Origin: the human T2T-CHM13v2.0 reference genome, Homo sapiens
Strand: one strand, 5' to 3'
Length of the DNA: 64,000 bases
Assembly (NCBI RefSeq): GCF_009914755.1
Contig: NC_060940.1
The notes beneath the pieces were generated by a model. That model was given only the letters and a program-made list of their open reading frames with translations. It had not been told where the DNA came from and did not search any database. The first letter of the stretch is position 1. Each line of letters begins with the position of its first letter. This document shows positions 43,101 to 56,000 of the stretch, in pieces. Position numbers and translations under genes: made by a program.

Positions 43101-46100
43101 TCGATTCCGTTCGATGGTGATTCAATTCTCTTATATTGGATGATTCCACTCGATTCCATTTGATGATTATTCCATTGGAGTCCACTTAGTGAATCCTTTA
43201 GATTCTACTCGAATATGATTCCATTCGAGTCCATTTGATGATACCATTCAATTCCATTCGTTGATGCTTCCATTCAAGTGCATTCGATGATATCATTCGA
43301 TTCCACTTGATGATAATTCCATTTGATTCCATGCGATGATTCTATTCGATTCCATTCAATGATAATTCCATTCAATTCAGTGATTCCTCTGGACTCCATT
43401 TGATGATGATTCCATTCAATGATTCCATTCGATTCTATTCCAAAATGATTCCATTTGAATCCATTTGATGATGATTCCATTAGATTCCATTTGATGATTC
43501 CATTCGATTCCATTTGACGATGATTCCATTCGATTCCATTTGATGATTCCATTCTATTCTATTCGATGATGATTCCATTCGATTCCATTCGATGATGATT
43601 GGATTCGATTCCATTTGATGATTTCATTTGATTCCATTCGTTAATTATTTCGATCAACTCCATTCGATGATTCCATTTAATTCCATTCGATAATGATTAC
43701 ATCCGAGTCCATTCAATGATTCCATTTGAGCCCGTTCGATAATTCCATTTCAGTCCAATCAATGATTCCATTCATTTCCATTCAATGATTCCATTCGAAT
43801 CTATTCCATGATGATTCCTTGCGATTCCATTCGCTGATGTTTCCGTTCAATTCCATTCGATGATGATTCCATTCGATTCCATTCATTGAGGATTCCATTT
43901 GATTCCATTAAATGATGATTCCGTTCTATTCCATTCAATGATTGCATTCAATTCCATTCAATGATTATCCCCTTAGAGTAAACTCAACGATTCCATTCAA
44001 TACCATTCGATGATGATTCCTTTTGAGTCCATTCAATGATTTCATTCAAGTCCATTTGATGATTCCTTTCAATTCCATTCTATGATGATTCCATTCGAGT
44101 CCATTCGATGATTCCATTCAATTGCATTCGATGATTCCATTATATTCCAGTCAACGATGATTCCATTCGAGTCCATTCGATGATTCCATTAGAGTACATT
44201 TAATGATTGCTTTGTTTTCAATTCGAAGATGATTACATTGGATTCCATTCTATGATACCATTCGATTCCATTCAATGATGATTCCACTCAAATCCATTGG
44301 ATGATTCCATTCGTGTCCGTTCGGTGATTTCATTAGATTCCATTCGAGGATGATTCCATTCGATTCCATTCGATGATTCCATTCAATTCCATTCGATGAT
44401 GATTCCATTCCAGTCCATATGATCATTCCATTTGATTTCATTCGATGATGATTCCATTCGATTCCATTCGATGATTCCATTCTATTCCATTCGATGATGA
44501 TTCCATTCGAGTCCATTCGATGATTCCATTCGAGTCCATTTAATGATTCCATTGGGTTCAATTCAATGATGATTACATTGGATTCCGTTCTATGATTCCA
44601 TTCAATTCCGTTCATTGACAATTTGATTCCATTTGATGATGATTCCATTTGAGTTCATTCGATGATTCTATTCGATTCTCTTCGATGGTGATTCAATTCT
44701 ATTATATTGGATGATTCCATTCGATTCCATTTTATGTTGATTCAATTCGATTCTATTCGATGATGATTCCATTGGATTTCACTTGATGATTCTATTCGAT
44801 TCCATTTAATGATGATTCACTTCTCGTCCATTGGATGATTCCATTTCATTCCATTCGATGATGATTCCATTCGATTCCTTTCGATGATTCCATTTGATTC
44901 CATGCGACGGTGAGCAATTCGATTCAATTCCATGATGATTCTATTTGATTCAATTAGATGATGTTTCCATTCGAATCCATTCCATGATTATTCCATTGGA
45001 ATCCATTTGGCGATGATTCCATATGAGTCAATTCAATGATGATTCCATATGGGTCCGTTCGATGATAATTCCATTTGATTTCATTCGATGCTTCTATTCA
45101 ATTCCAGTCGATGATGATTCCGTTGGAGTCCATACGATGATTCCATTTGATTTCATTTGATGATGATTCCATTCGATGATGATTACATTGGATTCCATTC
45201 TATGATTCCATTCAATTCCATTCGTTGATGATTCGATTCCATTCAATGATGTTTCCATTTGAGTTCATTCGATGATTCTATTCGATTCCGTTCGATGGTG
45301 ATTCAATTCTCTTATATTGGATGATTCCACTCGATTCCATTTGATGATTATTCCATTGGAGTCCACTTAGTGAATCCTTTAGATTCTACTCGAAGATGAT
45401 TCCATTCGAGTCCATTCGATGATACCATTCAATTCCATTCGTTGATGCTTCCATTCAAGTGCATTCGATGATATCATTCGATTCCATTTGATGATAATTC
45501 CATTTGATTCCATGCGATGATTCTATTCGATTCCATTCAATGATAATTCCATTCAATTCAGTGATTCCTCTGGACTCCATTTGATGATGATTCCATTCAA
45601 TGATTCCATTCGATTCTATTCCAAACTGATTCCATTTGAATCCATTTGATGATGATTCCATTAGATTCCATTTGATGATTCCATTCGATTCCATTTGACG
45701 ATGATTCCATTCGATTCCATTTGATGATTCCATTCTATTCTATTCGATGATGATTCCATTCCGTTCCATTTGATGATGATTGGATTCGATTCCATTTGAT
45801 GATTTCATTTGATTCCATTCGTTAATGATTTCGATCAACTCCATTCGATGATTCCATTTGATTCCATTCGATAATGATTACATCCGAGTCCATTCGATGA
45901 TTCCATTTGAGCCCGTTCGATAATTCCATTTCAGTCCAATCAATGATTCCATTCATTTCCATTCAATGATTCCATTCGATTCCATTTGATCATTCTGGTA
46001 GGGTCCGTTCGATGTTGATTCCATTGGAGTGCATTCGATGATTCCATTCGAGTCCATTTTATGATTTGATTCGAGTCCTTTCGATGATTCCATTCGATTC

Positions 46101-47600
46101 CACTCGATGATGATTTCATTCGAGTCCATTCGACACTTCCAATCGATTCCATTTGATGTTTCCATTCGAGTCCAATTGATGATTCCATTCAATTCCATTC
46201 GATGATGATTCCGTACGATTCCATTCTGTGATGATTCCATGTGATTGCATTCAATGATGATTCCTTTCGATTGCATTTGATTATGATTCATTTCGTGTTC
46301 ATTCTATGGTTCCACAGGTTTCCATTCGATGACGTTTCCGTTCGTGTCCATTCCATTATTCCATTCTATTTCATTTGATGATGATTCCATTCGATTCCAT
46401 TCATTGGTGATTCCACTCAATTCCATTCAATGATTCCATTCCATTTCTTTCAACAATGATTCCATTAGTTTCTATTCGATGATCCACTTGATTCCATTTG
46501 GCGATGATTCCATTCGTGTCCATTCGATGATTCCATTTGATTCCATATGATGATGATTCCATTCGATTCCATACCATGATGATTCCATTCGAGTCCATTC
46601 AATGGTGATTCCATTCAATTCCATTCGATGATTCCTTCCGATTCCATTCGATGATGATGACATTCGATTCCTTTCAATCATTCCCTTTGATTCCATTCAA
46701 AAGTGATTTCATTCATGTCCATTCGATAATTGCATTCGATTCCATTCTATGATGATTCAATTCGAGTCCATTTGATGATTCCATTCAATTCAAGTCAATG
46801 ATGATTCCATTCGATTCTACTCGATGATTCCATTGGATTCCATTCGATGATGATTCCATTAAAATCCATTCGATAATTCAATTCAAGTCCATTCGATGAT
46901 GATTCCAATCGAATCCATTCAAAGATTCCATTCAATTCCATTCGATGATGATTCCCTTAGATTCCATTCGATGATTCCACTTGATTCCATTTACGATGAT
47001 TCCATTCGATTCCATGTGATGAATCCATTCAATTCTATTCAATGATGTTTCCATTTGATTCCATTGGACCATGATTGCCTTTGATTCCATTCAATGATTC
47101 CATTCGGTTCCATTTGATGATGATTCCGTTCGATTCCATTTCATTATTCCATTTGATTCCATTGGATGAGTCCATTCGATTACATTCGATGATTATTCCA
47201 TTCGAGTGCATTAGATGATTGCATTCGAGTCCATTCGATGATTCCATTCGATTCCATTCGATGTTGATTCTGTTCAAATCCATTCGATGATTCCACTCGA
47301 TTCCATTCGATGACTCCATTTGATCCCATTCGATGATTTCCTGTGATTCCCTTTGATGATCATTCTATTTGATTCAATTCGGTGATTTCATTTCATTCCA
47401 TTCAGTGATGTTTCCATTCGACTGTATTCGATGATGATTCCATTCGACTCCATTCGATTATGATTTCATTCAATTCCATTCAATAATGATTCCCTTCGAG
47501 TCCATTCGATGATTCCATTCGATTCCATTCAACGATGATTTGATTCGTTTCCATTCGATGATTCCATTTGATTCCACTTGATGATGATTCCATTCGAGTC
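40196..47600 (+). repeat. 6.1 kb-type HSat2 sequence resuming after the 3194 bp array
   Basis: Contains segments absent from the 3194 bp unit (gatactatttgagcccatcc ~40664, ctactagagtcc ~41106, agagtaaactc ~41794), collinear with 58800-62000. Confidence 0.88.
41595..45979 (+). repeat. 2181 bp tandem duplication
   Basis: Landmarks 42069/44250 and 43274/45455 are offset by 2181. The junction is at 43776-43798. Confidence 0.9.
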
Positions 47601-49426
47601 TATTTATGTATTATATTCGTGTCCACTTCATGATTCCATTCAATTCCATTTAATGTTGATTCCATTTGATTCCATTTGATGATTCAGTTCGATTCCTTGC
47701 AATGATTCCCTACGATTCCTTTCTATGATGATTCCATTCGATTCCATTCATTTATGATTTCATTCGACTCCATTCGATGATGATTCCTTTCGATTCCATT
47801 TGACGATGTTTCCATTCGAGTCCATTCGATGATGATTCTATTCAATTCTGTTCTATTATGATTCCATTCGATTTCATTCAATGCTTCTATTTGATTCCAT
47901 TCGATGATGATTCCATCTCTTTCCCTTCGATGATTCCATTTGATTCCATTCAGTGATGATTCCATTTGATTCCATCTGATGATGATTTCACTTGATTCCT
48001 TTCAATGATGATTCAATTCAAGTCCATTCGATGATTCCATTGGAGTCCAAACGATCATTCCGTTCGATTCCATTCAATGGTGATTCCATTCATGTCCATT
48101 CGATGAATCCATTCAATTCCATTCGATGATGACTCCATTCGAGTACATTCGATGATTCCATTTGATTCCATTTGAAGATGATTCCATTCAATTCCATTCG
48201 AAGATGATTCCATTCAATTCCATTCGATGATGATTCCGTATGAATCCATTCTCTGATTATTCCATTCGATTCCATTCATTGACGATTCCATTCAATTCCA
48301 TTCAATGATGATTCTCTTCTATTCCATTCGATGATTCCGGTCGATTCCATTCGATGATGATTCCATTAGATTCCATTCGATTGTTGCATTCGATTCCCTT
48401 CGATGATGATTCCTTTGAATTCCATTCGATTATCATTCCGTATGAATCCATTTGATGATTATTCCATTGGATTCCTTTCGATGATGATTCCATTCGATTC
48501 CATTTGATGATGTTTCTCTTGTATTCCATTGGATAATTCCTTTCAGTTCCCTTCGATGATTATTCTTTCGAGTCAATTCGATGATTCTATTCCATTCCCT
48601 TCGATGATGATTCCATTTCACTCCATTTGATGATTCCATTCGACTCAATTTGGTGATGATTCAATTCGATGACATTCGATGACTCCATTCAATTTCATTT
48701 GATGATGATTACATTCGAGTCCATTTGATGATTGTATTCCTTTCCTTTTGATGATTATTCCATTCGTGTCTATTCAAAGGTTCCATTCTATTCCATTCAA
48801 TGATGATTGCATTTGATTCCATTCAATGATTATGGCTATCGATTCCACTCGTTGATTCCATTTGATTCCGTTCGATGATTATTCCGTTAGATTCCATTAG
48901 AAGATTCCATTCGATTTTATTCAATGATTCCAATGGATTCCATTCAATGATGATTCCATTCGACTCCATTCAGTGATTCCATTCGAGTCCATTTGATGAT
49001 TCCATTCTTTTCCATTTGATGATGATTCCATTAGGGTCCATTCAATGATTCCATTCGAGTCCATTCGTTAATGCCTTTCGAGTCCTTTTGATCACTACAT
49101 TCGAGTCCATTCAATGATTCTATTCGATTCCATTCCATGATGATTCCATTCGAGTTCATTCGATGATTGCATTCGAGTCCATTTGATGATTCCATATGAT
49201 TCCCTTCGACAATGCTTCCATTCGTGTCCATTTGATGATTCCATTCATTTCCTATCGATGAAGATTCCATTCAAGTGTATTCGATGATTCCATTCAAATC
49301 CATTCGATGATGATTCCATTCCAGTCCATTCGATCATTCCACTTGATTCCATTTGATGACTATTCCATTCAAATCCATTTGATGATTCCATTCGATTCCA
49401 TTCGATGTTACCATTCGAGTATATAC
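47601..49426 (+). repeat. Divergent ~1.8 kb HSat2 segment not matching the 6.1 kb unit
   Basis: Still CATTC-based, but its motifs (tatttatgtattatattcg, ccttgcaatgattccctacg, ttccggtcg, tatggctatc, ttagggtcc) and ORF translations at 47723-49270 do not recur elsewhere in the window. It rejoins the unit at ~49427. Confidence 0.75.
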
Positions 49427-49771
49427 GATGATTCCACTCGATTCCATTTGATGATTATTCCATTGGAGTCCACTTAGTGAATCCTTTAGATTCTACTCGA
49501 AGATGAATCCATTCGAGTCCATTCGATGATACCATTCAATTCCATTCGTTGATGCTTCCATTCAAGTGCATTCAATGATATCATTCGATTCCATTTGATG
49601 ATAATTCCATTTGATTCCATGCGATGATTCTATTCGATTCCATTCAATGATAATTCCATTCAATTCAGTGATTCCTCTGGACTCCATTTGATGATGATTC
49701 CATTCAATGATTCCATTCGATTCTATTCGAAAATGATTCCATTTGAATCCATTTGATGATGATTCCATTGG

Positions 49772-50027
49772 ATTCCATTTGATGATTCCATTCTGTTGTA
49801 TTCGATGATGATTCCATTCGATTCCATTCGATGATGATTGGATTCGATTCCATTTGATGATTTCATTTGATTCCATTCGATAATGATTTCGATCAATTCC
49901 ATTTGATGATTCCATTCTGTTGTATTCGATGATGATTCCATTCGATTCCATTCGATGATGATTGGATTCGATTCCATTTGATGATTTCATTTGATTCCAT
50001 TCGATAATGATTTCGATCAATTCCATT
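49772..50027 (+). repeat. 124 bp near-perfect tandem duplication
   Basis: ttctgttgtattcg occurs at 49791 and 49915; ggattcg occurs at 49840 and 49964. Confidence 0.9.
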
Positions 50028-53000
50028 CGATGATTCCATTCGATTCCATTCGATAATGATTACATCCGAGTCCATTCGATGATTCCATTTGAGCCCGTTC
50101 GATAATTCCATTTGAGTCCAATCAATGATTCCATTCATTTCCATTCAATGATTCCATTCGAGTCCATTTGATCATTCCGGTAGGGTCCGTTCGATGTTGA
50201 TTCCATTGGAGTGCATTCGATGATTCCATTCGAGTCCATTTTAGGATTTGATTCGAGTCCTTTCGATGATTCCATTCGATTCCACTCGATGATTTCATTC
50301 GAGTCCATTCGACACTTCCAATCGATTCCATTTGATGTTTCCATTCGATTCCAATTGATGATTCCATTCAATTCCATTCGATGATGATTCCGTATGATTC
50401 CATTCTGTGATGATTCCATGTGATTGCATTCAATGATGATTCCTTTTGATTGCATTCGATTATGATTCATTTCGTGTTCATTCTATGGTTCCACAGGTTT
50501 CCATTCGATGATGTTTCCATTCGTGTCCATTCCATTATTCCATTCTATTCCATTTGAAGATGATTCCATTCGATTCCATTCATTGGTGATTCCACTCAAT
50601 TCCATTCAATGATTCCATTCCATTTCTTTCAACAATGATTCCATTAGTTTCTATTCGATGATCCACTTGATTCCATTTGACGATGATTCCATTCGTGTCC
50701 ATTCGATGATTCCATTTGATTCCATATGATGATGATTCCATTCGATTCCATACGATGATGATTCCATTCGAGTCCATTCAATGGTGATTCCATTCAATTC
50801 CATTCGATGATTCCTTTCGATTCCATTCAATGATGATGGCATTCGATTCCTTTCGATCATTCCCTTTGATTCCATTCAAAGGTGATTTCATTCAAGTCCA
50901 TTCGATAATTGCATTCGATTCCATTCTATGATGATTCCATTCGAGTCCATTTGATGATTCCATTCAATTCAAGTCAATGATGATTCCATTCGATTCCACT
51001 CGATGATTCCATTGGATTCCATTCGATGATGATTCCATTCAAATCCATTCGATAATTCAATTCAAGTCCATTCGATGATGATTCCAATCGAATCCATTCA
51101 AAGATTCCACTCAATTCCATTCGATGATGATTCCCTTAGATTCCATTCGATGATTCCACTTGATTCCATTTACGATGATTCCATTCGATTCCATGTGATG
51201 ATTCCATTCAATTCTATTCAATGATGTTTCCACTTGATTCCATTCGAACATGATTGCCTTTGATTCCATTCAATGATTCCATACGGTTCCATTTGATGAT
51301 GATTCCATTCGAGTGCATTAGATGATTCCATTCGAGTCCATTCGATGATTCCATTCGATTCCATTCGATGTTGATTCTGTTCAAATCCATTCGATGATTC
51401 CACTCGATTCCATTCGATGACTCCATTTGATCCCATTCGATGATTTCCTTTGATTCCCTTTGATGATCATTCCATTTGATTCAATTCGGTGATTTCATTT
51501 GATTCCATTCAGTGATGTTTCCATTTAACTCCTTTGGATGATGATTCCATTCGACTCCATTCGATTATGATTTCATTCAATTCCAATCGATAATGATTCC
51601 CTTCCAGTCCATTCGATGATTCCATTCGATTCCATTCAACGATGATTTGATTCGTGTCCATTCGATGATTCCATTTGATTCCATTTGATGATGATTCCAT
51701 TCGAGTCCCTTTGATGATTCCATTCAATTCCATTCTCCGATGATTTCTTTTGAGCCCATTCAATGCTTCCACTCGATTCCATATGATGATGACTCCATTT
51801 GATGAAATTCCATGATGATTCCATTCGCTTGCATTCGATGATGATTCCACTTGAGTCAGTTAGAAGATTCTATTCAATTACATTCCATGACGATTCTGTT
51901 CGAGTCCATTTGATGATTCCATTAGACTCCATTCGACGATGATTCCATTCGATGTTATTCGATGATGATTCCATTCAACTCCATTCGATGTTTCCATTCG
52001 AGGTCATTCTATTATTCCATTAGATTCCATTCGATGATGATTCCATTCGATTCCATTTGATGATTGCATTCTATTTCATTTGATGATGATTCCATTCGAG
52101 TCCATTCGATGATTCCATTCGAGTCTATTTAATGAATCCATTGGTTTCAATTGTATGATGATTACATTGGATTCCATTCGTTGTTGATTTCATTCGATTC
52201 CATTCAATGATGATTCCATTCAATTCCATTCAATGATTCCATTCAATTCCATACGATGATGATTCCATTTGATTTGATTCGACAGTGAGCCATTCGATTC
52301 AATTCCATGATGATTCTATTTTATTCAATTGGTTGACATTTCCATTCGATTCCATTCGATGATGATTCCCTTTGATTCCATTCAAAGATGATTCCATTCT
52401 AGCCCATTCAATCATTCCATTCGATTCTATTCAATGATGATTCCATTCATGTCGATTTGGTGATTCCATTTGACTTCATTTGATGATGATTCCTTTCAAG
52501 TTCATTAGATGATTCCATTCGATTCCATTTGATGATGATCCCATTCGAGTCCATTTGATGATTCCACTCGTTTCCATTCCATGATGATTCCATTCCATTC
52601 CATTCAATGATTCCATTCGATTCCGATTGATGATGATTTCATTCGAGTCCATTTGATGATTCCATTTGATTCCATTCGATGATGATTACATTCGAGTCCA
52701 TACGATGATTCCACTCAATTCCATATGATGATGATTCCATTCGATTCCATTCGGTGATTCCATTCTATTCTATTCAATGGTGATTCCATTCGAGTACATT
52801 AGATGATTCCATTCGATTCCATTCAATGATGATTCTATTTGTGTCCCTTAGATGGTTCCACATGATTCCATTTCATGATGATACTATTTGAGCCCATCCA
52901 ATGATTCCCTTCGATTCCATTCGATGAGGATTCCATTCGATTCAATTCATTGGTGATTCTATTCAATTCAATTCTTTGATTCCATTCCATTCCATTCGAC

Positions 53001-56000
53001 AATGATTCCATTCGATTTCTTTCGATGATTCCACTCGATTCCACTTGACATTGATTCCATTCGATTCCATTCAATGATTCCGTTTGATTCCAGTGGATGA
53101 TGATTGCCATCGATTCCATTCGATCACTCCATTCTATTCCATTTGATGATGATTACATTCGATTCCATTTGATGATTCCATCTGATTCTATTCGAGGATT
53201 CCATTTGATTCCATTCGATGATGATTCCATTCGAGTGCATTCGATGATTTCATTCGAGTACATCCAATGACTCCATTCGAGTCCATTTGATGATTCCATT
53301 TGATTCCATTTGATTATGATTCTACTAGAGTCCATTCAATGACTCCATTCGAATCCATTCAACAATTCCATTCGAGGCCATTCGATGATTCCATTTCATG
53401 ATTCCATTCGAGTCCATTTAATCATTACAGTCGAGTCCATTTGGTGATTCCACTGGATTTCTTTTGATAATGATAACATTCAATTACATTTGATGAGGAT
53501 CCCATTCAATTTCATTTGATGGTGATTCCATTAGAGTCCATTCGATGATTTCATTCGAGTCCCTTCATTGATTCCATCCGATTTCATTGGATGATGACTC
53601 CATTCGAGTCCATTCGATGATTCCACTCGATTCCATTAGATGGTTCCATTGGAGTCCATTTGATTGTTCCATTCGATTCTATTCGATTCCTTTCGAAGAT
53701 TATTCCATTTGAGTCCATTCGATGATGATTCCATTCCATTCCATTCGATGATTCCGTTTGATTCCATTCTATGATTCCCTTCGATTCCTTTCTTTGATGA
53801 TTCCATTCCATTCCATTCAATGATTCCATTCGAATCTATTCCATGATGATTCCTTTCGATTCCATTCGCTGATGTTTCCGTTCAATTCCATTCGATGATG
53901 ATTCCATTCGATTCCATTCAATGATTGCATTTAATTCCATTCAATGATGATTCCATTCTATTCCATTCAATGATTGCATTCAATTCCATTCAATGATTAT
54001 CCCATTAGAGTAAACTCAACGATTCCATTCAATACCATTCGATGATGATTCCTTTTGAGTCCATTCAATGATTTCATTCAAGTCCATTTGATGATTCCTT
54101 TCAATTCCATTCTATGATGATTCCATTCGAGTCCATTCGATGATTCCATTCGATTACATTCGACGATTCCATTATATTCCATTCAACGATGATTCCATTC
54201 GAGTCCATTCGATGATTCCATTAGAGTACATTTAATGATTGCTTTGTTTTCAATTCGAAGATGATTACATTCGATTCCATTCTATGATACCATTCGATTC
54301 CATTCAATGATGACTCCACTCAAATCCATTGGATGATTCCATTCGTGTCGATTCGGTGATTTCATTAGATTCCATTCGAGGATGATTCCATTCGATTCCA
54401 TTCGATGATTCCATTCAATTCCATTCGATGATGATTCCATTCGAGTCCATATGATCATTCCATTTGATTTCATTCGATGATGATTCCATTCGATTCCATT
54501 CGACGATTCCATTCTATTCCATTCGATGATGATTCCATTCGAGTCCATTCGATGATTCCTTTCGAGTCCATTTAATGATTCCATTGGGTTCAATTCAATG
54601 ATGATTACATTGGATTCCGTTCTATGATTCCATTCAATTCCGTTCATTGACAATTTGATTCCATTCGATGATGATTCCATTTGAGTTCATTCGATGATTC
54701 TATTCGATTCTCTTCGATGGTGATTCAATTCTATTATATTGGATGATTCCATTCGATTCCATTTGATGTTGATTCAATTCGATTCTATTCGATGATGATT
54801 CCATTGGATTTCACTTGATGATTCTATTCGATTCCATTCAATGATGATTCACTTCTCGTCCATTGGATGATTCCATTTCATTCCATTCGATGATGATTCC
54901 ATTCGATTCCATTCGATGATTCCATTTGATTCCATGCGACGGTGAGCAATTCGATTCAATTCCATGATGATTCTATTTGATTCAATTAGATGATGTTTCC
55001 ATTCGAATCCATTCCATGATTATTCCATTGGAATCCATTCGGCGATGATTCCATATGAGTCAATTCAATGATGATTCCATATGGGTCCGTTCGATGATAA
55101 TTCCATTTGATTTCATTCGATGCTTCTATTCAATTCCAGTTGATGATGATTCCGTTGGAGTCCATACGATGATTCCATTTGATTTCATTTCATGATGATT
55201 CCATTCGATGACGATTACATTGGATTCCATTCTATGATTCCATTCAATTCCATTCGTTGATGATTCGATTCCATTCAATGGTGATTCCATTTGAGTTCAT
55301 TCGATGATTCTATTCGATTCCATTCTATGGTGATTCAATTCTCTTATATTGGATGATTCGACTCGATTCCATTTGATGATTATTCCATTGGAGTCCACTT
55401 AGTGAATCCTTTAGATTCTACTCGAAGATGATTCCATTCGAGTCCATTCGATGATACCATTCAATTTCATTCGTTGATGCTTCCATTCAAGTGCATTCGA
55501 TGATATCATTCGATTCCATTTGATGATAATTCCATTTGATTCCATGCGATGATTCTATTCGATTCCATTCAATGATAATTCCATTCAATTCAGTGATTCC
55601 TCTGGACTCCATTTGATGATGATTCCATTCAATGATTCCATTCGATTCTATTCGAAAATGATTACATTTGAATCCATTTGATGACGATTCCATTCCATTC
55701 CATTTGATGTTTCCATACTATTCTATTCGATGATGATTCCATTCGATTCCATTCGATGATGATTGGATTCGATTCCATTTGATGATTTCATTTGATTCCA
55801 TTCGTTAATGATTTCGATCAATTCCATTCGATGATTCCATTCGATTCCATTCGATAATGATTACATCCGAGTCCATTCGATGATTCCATTTGAGCCTGTT
55901 CGATAATTCCATTTGAGTCCAACCAATGATTCCATTCATTTCCATTCAATGATTCCATTCGAGTCCATTTGATCATTCCGGTAGGGTCCATTCGATGTTG

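Noticed and set aside
47595-47625. AT-rich patch as a TATA box or retroelement insertion scar
   Set aside because: It is about 20 bp long, with no poly(A) tail, target-site duplication or Alu/L1 sequence. It is treated only as a junction marker.
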